DNA of 64,000 nt from a virus (IMGVR_UViG_2974606035_000001:3086-67085), one strand, 5' to 3'. Positions 47,367-57,551 are shown, numbered from the stretch's first letter. Notes: generated by a model from the sequence alone, not told the origin. Numbers and translations: made by a program.

Positions 47367-48230
47367 ATGCCGAAAAAATTAACTCAAGAAGAAGTAGATA
47401 AATGCCTAGCCGAACGTGGTTTTACTATGGTGGATAAGCCATATCAAAATTCTAGGTATAAGCATACGTATCAGTGTGAATATGGTCATCAATGGACAGC
47501 TAAATTTGACGCTATTAGGAATGGAAAGACCAATTGTCCTACTTGCTCTATTAATAGCCGTAAACTAGATATTGATAAAATTAATACTGTATTACAGGAC
47601 AGGGGTATTACATTGTTGGATGGCTATAAAAATAGTGCCGATATAAATACTAGATTTAGGTGTGTTTGTGGTCATGAGTGGACTACTACACTTAATAGTA
47701 TAATTAATAGAGGTAGCGGCTGCCCATCTTGTGCTATTAATAAGCAGAAACTTAGTGTTAATATTATAAATGATCGTCTTACCGCCAGAAATATCAGAAT
47801 AGTGGGAGAATATAGTAATGCGAATACTAAGACAGCCTTTCTATGTGGTGCAGGGCATAGGTGGGAAGCTACTCCAGGATCTGTATTAAGAGGGAACGGT
47901 TGTCCTTACTGTAATTATAGGGATTTAGAAAGTACTAAGATATATGTTATGCATAGCCCCTCACACGGAGTTAAAATAGGTAGATCTAATAATCCAGATC
48001 GTAGACTTTTACACATTAGATCTAGTAGCCACCTTATTGATTTGGAAATAATTAAAGTATTTGAAATTGGAGAATATAGTAGTGCAGTTAGAATCGAAAA
48101 ATTAGCCCATAACTACTTTAAAGAACAGAATTGCCAGTACAAAGATTTTGATGGCGCTACGGAATTCTTCAATATTGAACCAAAAGTAGCTATAAAGTTT
48201 ATCGAGGAAATAATCAATGACAGAGAATGA
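47367..48230 (+). CDS. T5orf172 (GIY-YIG-like) domain protein with three CxxC repeat modules (288 aa)
   Basis: three GH.W...CP.C repeats; KIGRS...R...E...FDGATEFFNI C-terminal domain; GGAGAAGAGG RBS. Confidence 0.55.
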   Translation: MPKKLTQEEVDKCLAERGFTMVDKPYQNSRYKHTYQCEYGHQWTAKFDAIRNGKTNCPTCSINSRKLDIDKINTVLQDRGITLLDGYKNSADINTRFRCVCGHEWTTTLNSIINRGSGCPSCAINKQKLSVNIINDRLTARNIRIVGEYSNANTKTAFLCGAGHRWEATPGSVLRGNGCPYCNYRDLESTKIYVMHSPSHGVKIGRSNNPDRRLLHIRSSSHLIDLEIIKVFEIGEYSSAVRIEKLAHNYFKEQNCQYKDFDGATEFFNIEPKVAIKFIEEIINDRE

Positions 48231-50043
48231 ATTAATTGAGAATTGCAAAGGCCTGCTCACTCTGACTGCTGATAAGGACTTACAGCATAATAATGCTAAT
48301 AAGCCTAGTGAGATGTTCCATACTCAAAGAGACTTATTAGCAGGAGAAATCAACAAGTATTTAGTAGCACAAGAATTACCTAAGCATCTATTAGACGCCC
48401 ATAATCTAGGTAAAATACACATCCATGATATGGATTACAGAGCGCAGGGGTACACTAACTGTTGCTTAGTAGACCTAGGTGGTATGTTGAAAAATGGTAC
48501 TAAAATTGGTAATGCGAATATTGAAACCCCTAAATCCATAACTACTGCATGTGCGATTACTGCTCAGATTATTGCTCAAGTATCTGGCGCTCAGTATGGA
48601 GGTACTTCCATTGATCGTATTGATGAAGTTCTAGCTCCGTATGTTAGGAAGTCCTACAATAAACACCTGGGGCGTGGTCTACGTTGGCTCAAGGATGAAA
48701 GAAAAGCTGCTGTATATGCTACTGAACTTACTGAAAAAGAATGTTATGATGCATTCCAGGCTTTAGAGTATGAGACTAATTCGTTATTTAACTCTAACGG
48801 ACAGACTCCTTTTGTTACTCTGGGCTTTGGGTTGGGGCAAGAGTGGGAGGAACGGATGATTCAAAAGGCCATTCTTCAAAATCGTATTAAAGGTTTGGGG
48901 GCTGCTGAATCAACCCCTATCTTCCCCAAATTAGTATTCTCAATTAAAGAAGGATTAAACAAAAATCCAGGGGACCCTAACTATGATATAAAACAGCTAG
49001 CACTTGAATGTTCCGCTACACGTATGTATCCAGATTATTTAAGCTATGAGAAGGTTGTGGCTGTTACTGGAGATTTTAAAGCCCCTATGGGTTGTCGTAG
49101 TTTTTTATCCGCTATCCCTTCTGGAGAAATTGCAGGGCGTAATAACCTGGGTGTGGTTTCTATTAATTTACCTATGGTTGCTGCTGAGGCAGACGGAGTT
49201 TTTGAAGATTTCTGGGATATTCTGGATAAGTATGTAGATGAGGCTTTTGAAGCACATGATTTTTTCCTGGATAGGTTGAAGAAAGTAAAAGCTAAACAAG
49301 CCCCCATTCTATACATGCACGGCGGTTTTGGTGTACGTTTGGATGCAGAGGAATACGTCTGGCCTATTTTTGAGGGTAGATCTTCTGTATCTCTCGGATA
49401 TATTGGGGTATATGAGATGTGCCAAATAATGTTTGGATTACCACAAACTCATAGGGATTGTATTGAATTTACGGAGGAAGTTCTCACTCACTTAAAAAAT
49501 CGTTGTGAAATTAAGGCTAGTGAGACTAATCTTGGGTTTAGTTTGTATGCTACTCCTAGTGAGTCTCTATGTAATCGCTTTAATAAGTTACTAGAGCATA
49601 GATTCCCAGAATACTCCTGGCTAACTGATAAAGGGTATCTTACTAATAGCCATCATTTAGACGTAAGGGAAAAAGTAGCCCCAGATATTAAATTTGAGTA
49701 TGAGGCTCATTTTACTAAAATAGCTAATGGTGGTAATATCTCTTTTGTAGAGTTGCCACAGATGAAAAAATTCCCTAAAGCTCTTGAATATGTAGTAGAT
49801 AAAGGATTGGAATGCAGCCACTATATTGGTGTTAACATACCTATTGATGAGTGCTTTAACTGTGGATATATGGGTGAGTCTATTGCCTCTGAACGTGGTT
49901 TTGTATGCCCTAGTTGTGGATCTGAAGATATAGAAGTTACACGTAGGGTTTGTGGGTATCTTGGGTCTCCCGGCAGTAGACCCTTCAATTCTGGGAAACA
50001 AAAAGAAGTACTTGGTAGAGTAAAGCACTTAAATCTTAAATAA
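48217..50043 (+). CDS. nrdD: anaerobic ribonucleoside-triphosphate reductase
   Basis: C-terminal Zn ribbon CFNC..CPSC and glycyl radical RVCGYLG. Confidence 0.8.
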   Translation: MTENELIENCKGLLTLTADKDLQHNNANKPSEMFHTQRDLLAGEINKYLVAQELPKHLLDAHNLGKIHIHDMDYRAQGYTNCCLVDLGGMLKNGTKIGNANIETPKSITTACAITAQIIAQVSGAQYGGTSIDRIDEVLAPYVRKSYNKHLGRGLRWLKDERKAAVYATELTEKECYDAFQALEYETNSLFNSNGQTPFVTLGFGLGQEWEERMIQKAILQNRIKGLGAAESTPIFPKLVFSIKEGLNKNPGDPNYDIKQLALECSATRMYPDYLSYEKVVAVTGDFKAPMGCRSFLSAIPSGEIAGRNNLGVVSINLPMVAAEADGVFEDFWDILDKYVDEAFEAHDFFLDRLKKVKAKQAPILYMHGGFGVRLDAEEYVWPIFEGRSSVSLGYIGVYEMCQIMFGLPQTHRDCIEFTEEVLTHLKNRCEIKASETNLGFSLYATPSESLCNRFNKLLEHRFPEYSWLTDKGYLTNSHHLDVREKVAPDIKFEYEAHFTKIANGGNISFVELPQMKKFPKALEYVVDKGLECSHYIGVNIPIDECFNCGYMGESIASERGFVCPSCGSEDIEVTRRVCGYLGSPGSRPFNSGKQKEVLGRVKHLNLK

Positions 50044-50047
50044 GCTA

Positions 50048-50092
50048 ATCAGCCGGGTTGCTAGTCGACCTGGCTTTTATTTTATTTGCTTT
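50048..50092 (+). terminator. rho-independent terminator after nrdD
   Basis: AGCCGGGT..ACCTGGCT + TTTATTTT. Confidence 0.55.
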
Positions 50093-50142
50093 CAGCCAAA
50101 AATTTATATATAATAGATTTATAAATTTGAGAGGAGAAAGCT
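50086..50142 (+). promoter_or_regulatory. early promoter TTGCTT-17-TATAAT + leader AAATTTGAGAGGAG
   Basis: exact consensus. Confidence 0.65.
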
Positions 50143-50424
50143 ATGAGCGAGTTGCTTCCTAAAGTAGATGTCTCCCATCTTGGAGAGCCTAGTGAAGAAC
50201 GTAAGGCTCTAGATTGGTTGGGTGGATTTGATTATCGTCGTGTTGTTGCAACATGGAATGATAAGAAGGTTAAGAAGTTTCGGGTACACTATGTAGGTAA
50301 AGACAAGTGGCTCTGGATCGACTATGAAGAATCGAAGGGGTCTACTAAGGCTGTGAAAATTTATCGTATGTACGGGTATTATTATGCTCACTGTGATAAG
50401 AATGAATTTACAGTACAGAACTAA
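50143..50424 (+). CDS. hypothetical protein (93 aa)
   Basis: ORF track. Confidence 0.5.
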   Translation: MSELLPKVDVSHLGEPSEERKALDWLGGFDYRRVVATWNDKKVKKFRVHYVGKDKWLWIDYEESKGSTKAVKIYRMYGYYYAHCDKNEFTVQN

Positions 50425-50433
50425 GGAACAAGA

Positions 50434-50637
50434 ATGAAAAACGTAAAACATCTTAAATATCGCTTAATTTACAACGGACGTATGGAAACGGAAGACCTGG
50501 CCAAATTAGCTATTAACTCTAATGAGGTTACAGTGCGTGCGCTGGCAATTGAAAAGTTGCGTGCCTCTTATGAAAATCGTGTTATGGAACTAGAGGAGAA
50601 ACTTTATGGCATTCTCGAAGCCGATGCTACCAGATAA
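50434..50637 (+). CDS. hypothetical protein (67 aa)
   Basis: ORF track. Confidence 0.45.
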   Translation: MKNVKHLKYRLIYNGRMETEDLAKLAINSNEVTVRALAIEKLRASYENRVMELEEKLYGILEADATR

Positions 50638-50827
50638 GGGTTTAAACGCCGCTTTGGAAAACGCATTAATGCAGCACTGGGAAACTGGCTATAAGGATGG
50701 TGTTGAATCCTGCGCTACTATGCTAGAAGTTATTGCTAATACCTTAATGGAGAAAGGCAATAAAGAATTAGCTGAGCTATTAGACAGTATTGGGCAAAAC
50801 TTCAGAGAACAGGTGAAAAATGCGTAG
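50606..50827 (+). CDS. hypothetical protein (73 aa)
   Basis: ORF track. Confidence 0.45.
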   Translation: MAFSKPMLPDKGLNAALENALMQHWETGYKDGVESCATMLEVIANTLMEKGNKELAELLDSIGQNFREQVKNA

Positions 50828-51638
50828 ATTAATTATTATTAGCGGTGCAGGTTTGAGTGTTGAAAGTGGTGTACGAGCTTTTCGTACTGATACTGCTAGT
50901 GGTAAAGCATTGTGGGATGATTATGATCTAGAAGAAGTATGTAATATTCATGCCTTTCGTGGTAATTTTTATCATAAAACCCATATGTTTTACAACAAGC
51001 GTCGTGAAGAGCTAAAAACTGTTGAACCCAATCTTGCTCATTTGCGTATTGGTGAATGGTATAAACAATACCCTGGTCAAGTAGTAAACTTGACCACTAA
51101 CGTTGATGACCTTATTGAGCGTGCTGGCGTTCCACATAGTGACATTCTACACATTCACGGATATTTAAAAGAGGTTGTTGTAGCTGATAGCTACAATAGT
51201 AGCAACAAACGGATTATTGATGTAGGATACAATTCTATTGATCCAGATGATTATAAATGGGTTAAACCTAATGTAATCTTCTTTGGAGAGCATGCTTCTG
51301 CGTACGCAGAAATGTATAATGTTTTTGATGGTATTACCAGTCAAGATATGATTGTTGTGGTTGGTTGCTCTAATCAAGTAATTAACTTCTACTGGGAATT
51401 ATTTCCTGTTCTTAATAGGACTGCTGCGAAATTTATGGTTGTTAACTACTATGATAGTGCCCTGGCAGCAGAGCCGGGCTATCAAGGTATGACTCGTAGT
51501 GAGATGTACCAACTGGAGGAACGCGGTGTCCCTTACTGGAGTAAAGGTGCGGTAGATGCTTTCAGTGACCCTGATTTTATTGCTCGTGTAAAAGCTCATT
51601 TAGAGGGTAGACCTTATGTGTCGAGAAGCAAGAAATAA
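50820..51638 (+). CDS. Sir2-family (sirtuin-like) NAD-dependent deacylase/ADP-ribosyltransferase
   Basis: GAGLSVESGVRAFR, NVDDLIERAG, HIHG motifs. Confidence 0.6.
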   Translation: MRRLIIISGAGLSVESGVRAFRTDTASGKALWDDYDLEEVCNIHAFRGNFYHKTHMFYNKRREELKTVEPNLAHLRIGEWYKQYPGQVVNLTTNVDDLIERAGVPHSDILHIHGYLKEVVVADSYNSSNKRIIDVGYNSIDPDDYKWVKPNVIFFGEHASAYAEMYNVFDGITSQDMIVVVGCSNQVINFYWELFPVLNRTAAKFMVVNYYDSALAAEPGYQGMTRSEMYQLEERGVPYWSKGAVDAFSDPDFIARVKAHLEGRPYVSRSKK

Positions 51639-51801
51639 TGAATGGGATATTTTTATAACTGAGTCTGGCACTTGGTGTTATAGGTTTGCCTATAGATTTC
51701 CTAATGTAAAAGAAAGATTAGGCAACACATATAAAATTATCTATACTACGGATAATACATGGTTATCATCTGGAGAAGAGGAGAAACAGGTATGTCCATA
51801 G
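51616..51801 (+). CDS. small protein (61 aa)
   Basis: ORF track. Confidence 0.35.
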   Translation: MCREARNNEWDIFITESGTWCYRFAYRFPNVKERLGNTYKIIYTTDNTWLSSGEEEKQVCP

Positions 51802-51974
51802 TTAAATCTGTATATACACATCCCGATGATATATTTGTATGGGCAGATGGTAGTTGGTGCTATCGATGTGAGTTATGGGAAATGGACTATAAATCCGATG
51901 ACTATGGTGTTATATACGTCGATACGGTTGAGTATGATACGTTCTTAGAAAGGAACAAAAATGGAAATAAGTAA
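51759..51974 (+). CDS. small acidic protein (71 aa)
   Basis: ORF track. Confidence 0.4.
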   Translation: MVIIWRRGETGMSIVKSVYTHPDDIFVWADGSWCYRCELWEMDYKSDDYGVIYVDTVEYDTFLERNKNGNK

Positions 51975-52467
51975 TACTCCAGTTATTTTTCTAGACATTG
52001 ATGGGGTGCTCAATTCGAGCATCTCCCACCATCATGCGCCTGATGATGAAAAGATTTTCTTTGGAAGTGACTGGGTTTTCAAACCACTTCTCAAGGCTTT
52101 TCAGGACTTTATTCGTCCTTCCCCAATAATGATTGTTGGGGTATCATCTTGGTTCTCTGTTAGAAATGAGATGGAGAACGTTCAGATTATGACCGGATTA
52201 GGTCTTATCGATCGTTTTCTTGGTACAACGGATTTTACGGGGGGTGGGTTATCTAGGGGTAATTCTGTTCTTCGCTTCGTTGAAAAGCATAAACTCAAAC
52301 ATTGGTGTGTTCTGGATGACGCTGGTGCTATGATGTACCAGTATCCAACGGTTATAGTCAATGGTAGAACTGGAATAAATCTTCAAGATTTAATGGCTGT
52401 TAGCTATATGCTAGAATTTAGTCCAGATCTTGAAATGTGTAAAGCCCTACAACAATTTAAGGTGTAA
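51961..52467 (+). CDS. HAD-superfamily phosphatase-like protein
   Basis: FLDIDGVL motif I; VLDDAG late motif. Confidence 0.5.
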   Translation: MEISNTPVIFLDIDGVLNSSISHHHAPDDEKIFFGSDWVFKPLLKAFQDFIRPSPIMIVGVSSWFSVRNEMENVQIMTGLGLIDRFLGTTDFTGGGLSRGNSVLRFVEKHKLKHWCVLDDAGAMMYQYPTVIVNGRTGINLQDLMAVSYMLEFSPDLEMCKALQQFKV

Positions 52468-52469
52468 AT

Positions 52470-52898
52470 ATGTTCAATAATGTATTCTCTAAAGAAGCTA
52501 ACCCAATTTTGGTTAACTTTTGGCGTACTCTACCGGCTAGCCTGTATAATGAGGCTATTAACTCCTTGAAAATATGGTGTGAGAATAACGAAATCTCCTT
52601 TGCTTTTAAAGATGATATTGATGAGGCCCCCTGTATTGGTTTAATTGTGCAGGTAGAGGATGGTCTTGAAGAGATTGTTGGCTGGAAAGAGTTAGACGAA
52701 ATGGGCTTAGTTTTTGCGTTAAATTATAAGCTGTTTATGCCTGCTAAGCATCGCCTTGTTGTTAACTATAAAACTAGTGAATCTCCTGGTTTTCAGGTTA
52801 ATGAACGTTACGGTTGGTCTTACTCACCGGAAGAAGTAAATGATGGGATTCAGAAACTTCGACGTTTCGGGTATATGATCCCGGGTTTAACTGCTTAA
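52470..52898 (+). CDS. hypothetical protein, paralog A (142 aa)
   Basis: shares D.PC(I/V)G...W.EL.(E/A)MGL(V/I).ALN...P.....GY(M/V)(I/V)PGL with next ORF. Confidence 0.55.
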   Translation: MFNNVFSKEANPILVNFWRTLPASLYNEAINSLKIWCENNEISFAFKDDIDEAPCIGLIVQVEDGLEEIVGWKELDEMGLVFALNYKLFMPAKHRLVVNYKTSESPGFQVNERYGWSYSPEEVNDGIQKLRRFGYMIPGLTA

Positions 52899-52907
52899 GG
52901 GGTCATA

Positions 52908-53303
52908 ATGGAACAAGTATATTGGCGTCAGATTGACCCTAGTTTGGTGAGACGTGCGGAGAAGCTGCTACAACGTTGGTTGGGGGTAAGACAAGCCTCC
53001 TTCACTTTTCCGGAGCAGCAAATAGATGATCCCTGTGTTGGTGTTTTCCTATCTGGCTACGCTGGGGAATGGGAATGGGAATTGGATTGGAATGAGTTGT
53101 CTGCTATGGGTTTAATTGTTGCCCTAAACTTCTCTATATTCCATCCACGTGGTTTGGCCATATGTCGTGTGTCTGATGACGGTTGTTCGCCCCATCTTTT
53201 ACAGGTGGAAGATGATACTTGGGAGTACACTCCGGATATTCTTAAAGAAGCTAAAAAACAATTAAACCGTGTTGGGATCTATGTTCCGGGATTAAATGAC
53301 TAA
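52908..53303 (+). CDS. hypothetical protein, paralog B (131 aa)
   Basis: tandem duplicate of previous. Confidence 0.55.
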   Translation: MEQVYWRQIDPSLVRRAEKLLQRWLGVRQASFTFPEQQIDDPCVGVFLSGYAGEWEWELDWNELSAMGLIVALNFSIFHPRGLAICRVSDDGCSPHLLQVEDDTWEYTPDILKEAKKQLNRVGIYVPGLND

Positions 53304-53396
53304 TGATTTTTATTAGCTGAACTCTGATTACCGAGTCATTTTGGCTCGGTTTTCACTGTGTTCAAAGACACTGATAGCATTCTCTTTAAAAATCTA

Positions 53397-53430
53397 CTTG
53401 CATGATGCTCAAAATCTTGCTATAATATTT
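53397..53430 (+). promoter_or_regulatory. early-type promoter (TTGCAT-18-TATAAT) heading ~0.6-kb ORF-free region
   Basis: cttgcatgatgctcaaaatcttgctataat. Confidence 0.5.
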
Positions 53431-54022
53431 ATATTGAATTGAGAGACATTAGTAAAAATTGATTTTGCTAATTTTTCTTAGTGAAGCTGACAAGGGATTT
53501 ACGGCGAGAGGAATCGATGACCTGTAAATAGCTGCATAAGGTACGTTGCTAGAGCTTTACGAAAAAGTTTTTTCTTGTTTACAATCCGCGATACGGAACA
53601 GTTAGGCTGCCCCATTAAGGGTTGTTTTAACTGTTACGTGTTAGTTTTTAAACAAATAATTAATAGAATACTTAGCGATCTACATCCCGTAGGAACCCTG
53701 GTAAGGCCTCGAAGCAACCTAGTGTGAGGTGGTTGTGAAGTGAGACGGGAAGAGTGAAAAACTCTGAGAAGTGATGACGTAAGGTATACTACATCTAGTA
53801 TGAGCTAGTACATGAAGCATTAGGTGAGCAAATCTGGCTTAGCGGCCATCCTCAAGGATTTGTGCGGTATAGTGAAGCGGCAGTGTAGCGTGAAAGGGGA
53901 AGTTGCCACCCCCCTTCAGTATTTGCGATTAATTTGTTGAGAAATTGACAGTAACAGTTGTTCTATTCTTTCTGAATAGTCCTAAAGAAAACTTATTTCA
54001 TTTCCAACACAGGAGTATTGTT

Positions 54023-56809
54023 GTGTTCTCAATCCTACAAGGTCATGCAGGATTTCATCGCGATTTAGCCACAGGCATTTGGCGAGAAGTTAAAGCAGAA
54101 GACTATCTTTTTGCTAAAAGATTTTCCTCAAAGCATCCTGAAGGTAAACCAGCTTCAATGCCCTTCAAGTTTGATGTAATTGATGAAGTTGATCCTCAAA
54201 CCCTAGTAGAAATGCTCCCTCTTATGAGACGTTTAACGTCTGACCCTCATATCGTTGCGGTACGAGGTCGATGTCTTGCACCTAAAAATAATGTGCGGCG
54301 TAAGAAGGGCAACTTTAATGTATCTAATCCAAGTCATATAATTGCAATGGATGTGGATGGTATTGTAGATACAGGTGGTTGTAACAAGTTTGATCTTGTT
54401 GGCATGGCTCGACATATTATTAGAATGTTAAATAGTATTAGTGAGGATATGTTTCCTCTTGATGCAGGGTTTATTGCTCATGCATCGTCTTCGGCTGGGC
54501 TAAAACCAGGTATCCGAATGCACTTAATACTAGAATCTAATGTTAAAGTAACTCAGGGTCAAATCAAATTCTTATTTACATCTATCAATGAAAGTAGTAG
54601 ACAAAAGTATGGCTTTGATATTGCCGACTTAGCTTATTACTCTTCCGTACAGCTCCATTATTTTGCAGATCCGTTATTTACCGATGGTATAGTAGATCCG
54701 TTTAAGGCGGAGGGTGCTTCACGTCTGGTATTTGTTAAGGGTTCTAAAGTAAATTTACCTAATAATCTGGTTGACTATGAAACAACTAGAGGTGAGTTTA
54801 AGGAGGAGTTCTACTCTTTACTCGATCAAATTAAAGGTAAAAAAGCTGCCTCCGATAAAGTAGAGGAAACTATCAGCGAACTAGAAGAAGCTGAGGATGG
54901 AGTGTATCTACGTATCATACCTAAACTCTATCACAGAGCGTTAGAGGATGGTGTTGATTTTGCATGGCTTGAAAAAGAAATCCGTCCAGCCTTATCAGAA
55001 TATATTGCAACTAAAGATAATAGTCGTAATATTCAAGATTACTTTAATAACGGTCGTAAACAGGCTCTGAAAGCGTTTGTTAATAATTCTAAACGCGATA
55101 TACCTGATGTTTTAAAAGGTATTCCACTTAAAAAGCTAGAAACTAATTCTCTAGAAACTGATAATTTCTTGAAATTAAATACTGTGCCACCAGAAGGTTA
55201 TATGACTTTTGTAAAAGCAAGTCTAGGTACAGGTAAAACTACGGCGGTTGTGCGTTGGTTAGATTCAGGAGTTATTAAAGGTAATTTCTTAGCAATTACC
55301 AATACTCGAGCACTGGTATCTTCAAATGCTAAGAAATTTAGTGCAGGACAATATGATAAGTCTGTAGATATGCTTAATTTTAAGCGTGGTGCTATTGACC
55401 GTATGTCCACAACTATCCACTCTTTGCATAAGTTCAAGAGTTTTATTGGTCAAATCGATGCAATCTTTATCGATGAATGTGATGCTGTAATGAATGACCT
55501 ATTATTCGCCCCGGTTGTTAAACAACGTCGTGAATGTATTCAGGTTCTTCGGGATATTCTTGCAACTGCAAAAATCATTATATTATCTGATGGGGATATT
55601 AGTGCAGAAACAATTGAAGCATATGGTTCCTTGATTGAGTTCGATAAACCGGTTGCATTTTATAATCATCACCGTAAAATGCTATCAAAAGCTCATGCTT
55701 ATGAGTTCCCTGATGAATCCAGTATTTGGGTTGCACTTCAGACTTCTCTAGAGATGGGGGAGAAATCTATCCTAGTATCTGACTGTGGACCGGATGAGCT
55801 GAATGAGAAGGGTATGGCATTACGTCGTAATACGGGTGCGTTAGTTAAGGAAATCCACTCAAACTCTACATCTGATGTGGATATTAGACGTATTCTGGAT
55901 TACACAACTAATGAGCTAATTGATCAACAAATTGATTGCTTATTATGTAGTCCATCCGTAACGAGTGGTGTTGACTTCAACTATTTTGATAACGTATTCG
56001 TTATCACTAGAACTAGTAACCAAGCGCCAAACATGCGTTTCCAAGCAATCAGGCGCGACCGTGGTGCTCAGAACATTTATTATTTTATTGATAAATCTAC
56101 GAGTGGGTTCTCCGCAGGTTCTGAACAATATAACATTGATGAAGGTTGGCTGGAGTTAGCACAGCAATTATACGCACGTCGTAGGGAGCTGGAGTCTAGG
56201 AACTATACTAGTACTTTACGTTATTACTTGCTTGATCAGGGTGCAACTATTGATATTTTCAGTGAAAGCTGGGGAACTATCGAAGGTGCAGGTAAAGAGT
56301 ATACAGAAGAGCGAATCAAAGCCATTTTGTACTCAACTCCTGATTATTGTGCCCCCCGCCATGCAGATGCGTATGAAGCTAAACTACTTCTTGTTCGCTA
56401 CTACCATCTTGAGTCTATTAAAGATGTAACAGTTGAGCATGTTGAACAATATATCAAGGATAAACCGAATGATCGAGCGGCATTCTTCCATAAGATGCAC
56501 GAGATGTTCTGGGAGGATATTAAGAAGTGTTCAAATGTTACTATCAAACCGTTCATAGAAGCTCTGAAAGGTAAGAAGAAAGATTTCTTCCTTAAAACAG
56601 GTCAGAGTGCTAACCCAAAATATGCAAGAATGTATCTTGGTATGATGGGTATTGGTAAAGATATGAACACGGAGAATATTGTAGACTGGTACAGAACCTA
56701 TTGTAAAATCGAGTGTATGCCAATTCCATATAAGTTTATGACTGATGAGGAGAAACATATGCATGATGAAGCAATGGCAGAGCTAGGTGCTAGAAATGAC
56801 AGTGAATAA
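54023..56809 (+). CDS. P-loop/SF2-type helicase-like protein, T5 replication-origin-binding-protein-like (start GTG 54023 after AGGAG)
   Basis: Walker A SLGTGKTT, Walker B IFIDECD; ~929 aa; ORF track 53945 start uses TTG. Confidence 0.55.
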   Translation: MFSILQGHAGFHRDLATGIWREVKAEDYLFAKRFSSKHPEGKPASMPFKFDVIDEVDPQTLVEMLPLMRRLTSDPHIVAVRGRCLAPKNNVRRKKGNFNVSNPSHIIAMDVDGIVDTGGCNKFDLVGMARHIIRMLNSISEDMFPLDAGFIAHASSSAGLKPGIRMHLILESNVKVTQGQIKFLFTSINESSRQKYGFDIADLAYYSSVQLHYFADPLFTDGIVDPFKAEGASRLVFVKGSKVNLPNNLVDYETTRGEFKEEFYSLLDQIKGKKAASDKVEETISELEEAEDGVYLRIIPKLYHRALEDGVDFAWLEKEIRPALSEYIATKDNSRNIQDYFNNGRKQALKAFVNNSKRDIPDVLKGIPLKKLETNSLETDNFLKLNTVPPEGYMTFVKASLGTGKTTAVVRWLDSGVIKGNFLAITNTRALVSSNAKKFSAGQYDKSVDMLNFKRGAIDRMSTTIHSLHKFKSFIGQIDAIFIDECDAVMNDLLFAPVVKQRRECIQVLRDILATAKIIILSDGDISAETIEAYGSLIEFDKPVAFYNHHRKMLSKAHAYEFPDESSIWVALQTSLEMGEKSILVSDCGPDELNEKGMALRRNTGALVKEIHSNSTSDVDIRRILDYTTNELIDQQIDCLLCSPSVTSGVDFNYFDNVFVITRTSNQAPNMRFQAIRRDRGAQNIYYFIDKSTSGFSAGSEQYNIDEGWLELAQQLYARRRELESRNYTSTLRYYLLDQGATIDIFSESWGTIEGAGKEYTEERIKAILYSTPDYCAPRHADAYEAKLLLVRYYHLESIKDVTVEHVEQYIKDKPNDRAAFFHKMHEMFWEDIKKCSNVTIKPFIEALKGKKKDFFLKTGQSANPKYARMYLGMMGIGKDMNTENIVDWYRTYCKIECMPIPYKFMTDEEKHMHDEAMAELGARNDSE

Positions 56810-57047
56810 TAAAAAATGGAAAACAAGGAAGTTCCCAGTAAAAGAACGTAAAGTTCCTGTTTATGACACTTCGGAAAAGCTATGTAGGGTGGTTCCTGCT
56901 AGACTAGCATCCATAAATGGCATAGGAGCATGGTTGCTAAAGCAGAGAAAGCAAAGTGTATCATTACGTATATCTTTTGAGTTAGATCAAATTTATAGAG
57001 AATTGGGAGAATTGATTAAAGAAAATGATAACACAGGAAGAGGTTAG
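56787..57047 (+). CDS. hypothetical protein (86 aa)
   Basis: ORF track. Confidence 0.4.
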   Translation: MLEMTVNNKKWKTRKFPVKERKVPVYDTSEKLCRVVPARLASINGIGAWLLKQRKQSVSLRISFELDQIYRELGELIKENDNTGRG

Positions 57048-57483
57048 AGAGGCTTTTGAGTACGATCCTGAAACAGGACATCTTAAATGGAAGAAAACAA
57101 GGCAGAAGAGTCTAGTAGGTAAGTTTGCTGGTGGTAAGCATAAGGGATATATAAGAATAGGGTTTAAGCGTAGGCACTGGGGAGAGCACCAGCTGGTATT
57201 CTTATATCACAAGGGATACATACCAGAAGAGATAGACCACAAAAACAGGATTAAAGATTGCAACTTTATAGAGAATCTAGAAGACTCCAATAGATCTAAA
57301 CAAATGCACAATATTAATGTACGTAAAGACAATAAGTTGGGCGAGCCTAATATCTACATGAGGGGAGATAAATATTGTGTGCTAATGCAGAAAGGATCTA
57401 TTCGTAAGTACCAGCAGTGCAATACTCTAGAAGAGGCTAAAAAAGTTAGGGCTAATTTTAAGTCCGAACTCTACCCAAATTAA
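57025..57483 (+). CDS. HNH homing endonuclease (HNH_3-like)
   Basis: IDHKNRIKDCNFIENLE...N motif. Confidence 0.6.
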   Translation: MITQEEVREAFEYDPETGHLKWKKTRQKSLVGKFAGGKHKGYIRIGFKRRHWGEHQLVFLYHKGYIPEEIDHKNRIKDCNFIENLEDSNRSKQMHNINVRKDNKLGEPNIYMRGDKYCVLMQKGSIRKYQQCNTLEEAKKVRANFKSELYPN

Positions 57484-57491
57484 AAATTTAT

Positions 57492-57551
57492 TTGCTTTCA
57501 GGAAAATTTTTCTGTATAATAGATTCATAAATTTGAGAGAGGAGTTTAAAT
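57492..57551 (+). promoter_or_regulatory. early promoter TTGCTT-17-TATAAT + leader
   Basis: exact consensus. Confidence 0.65.

Noticed and set aside
53945-54022. TTG start at 53945 for the helicase ORF
   Set aside because: There is no RBS. A GTG at 54023 sits 7 nt after AGGAG, and the upstream region is better explained as a structured UTR.
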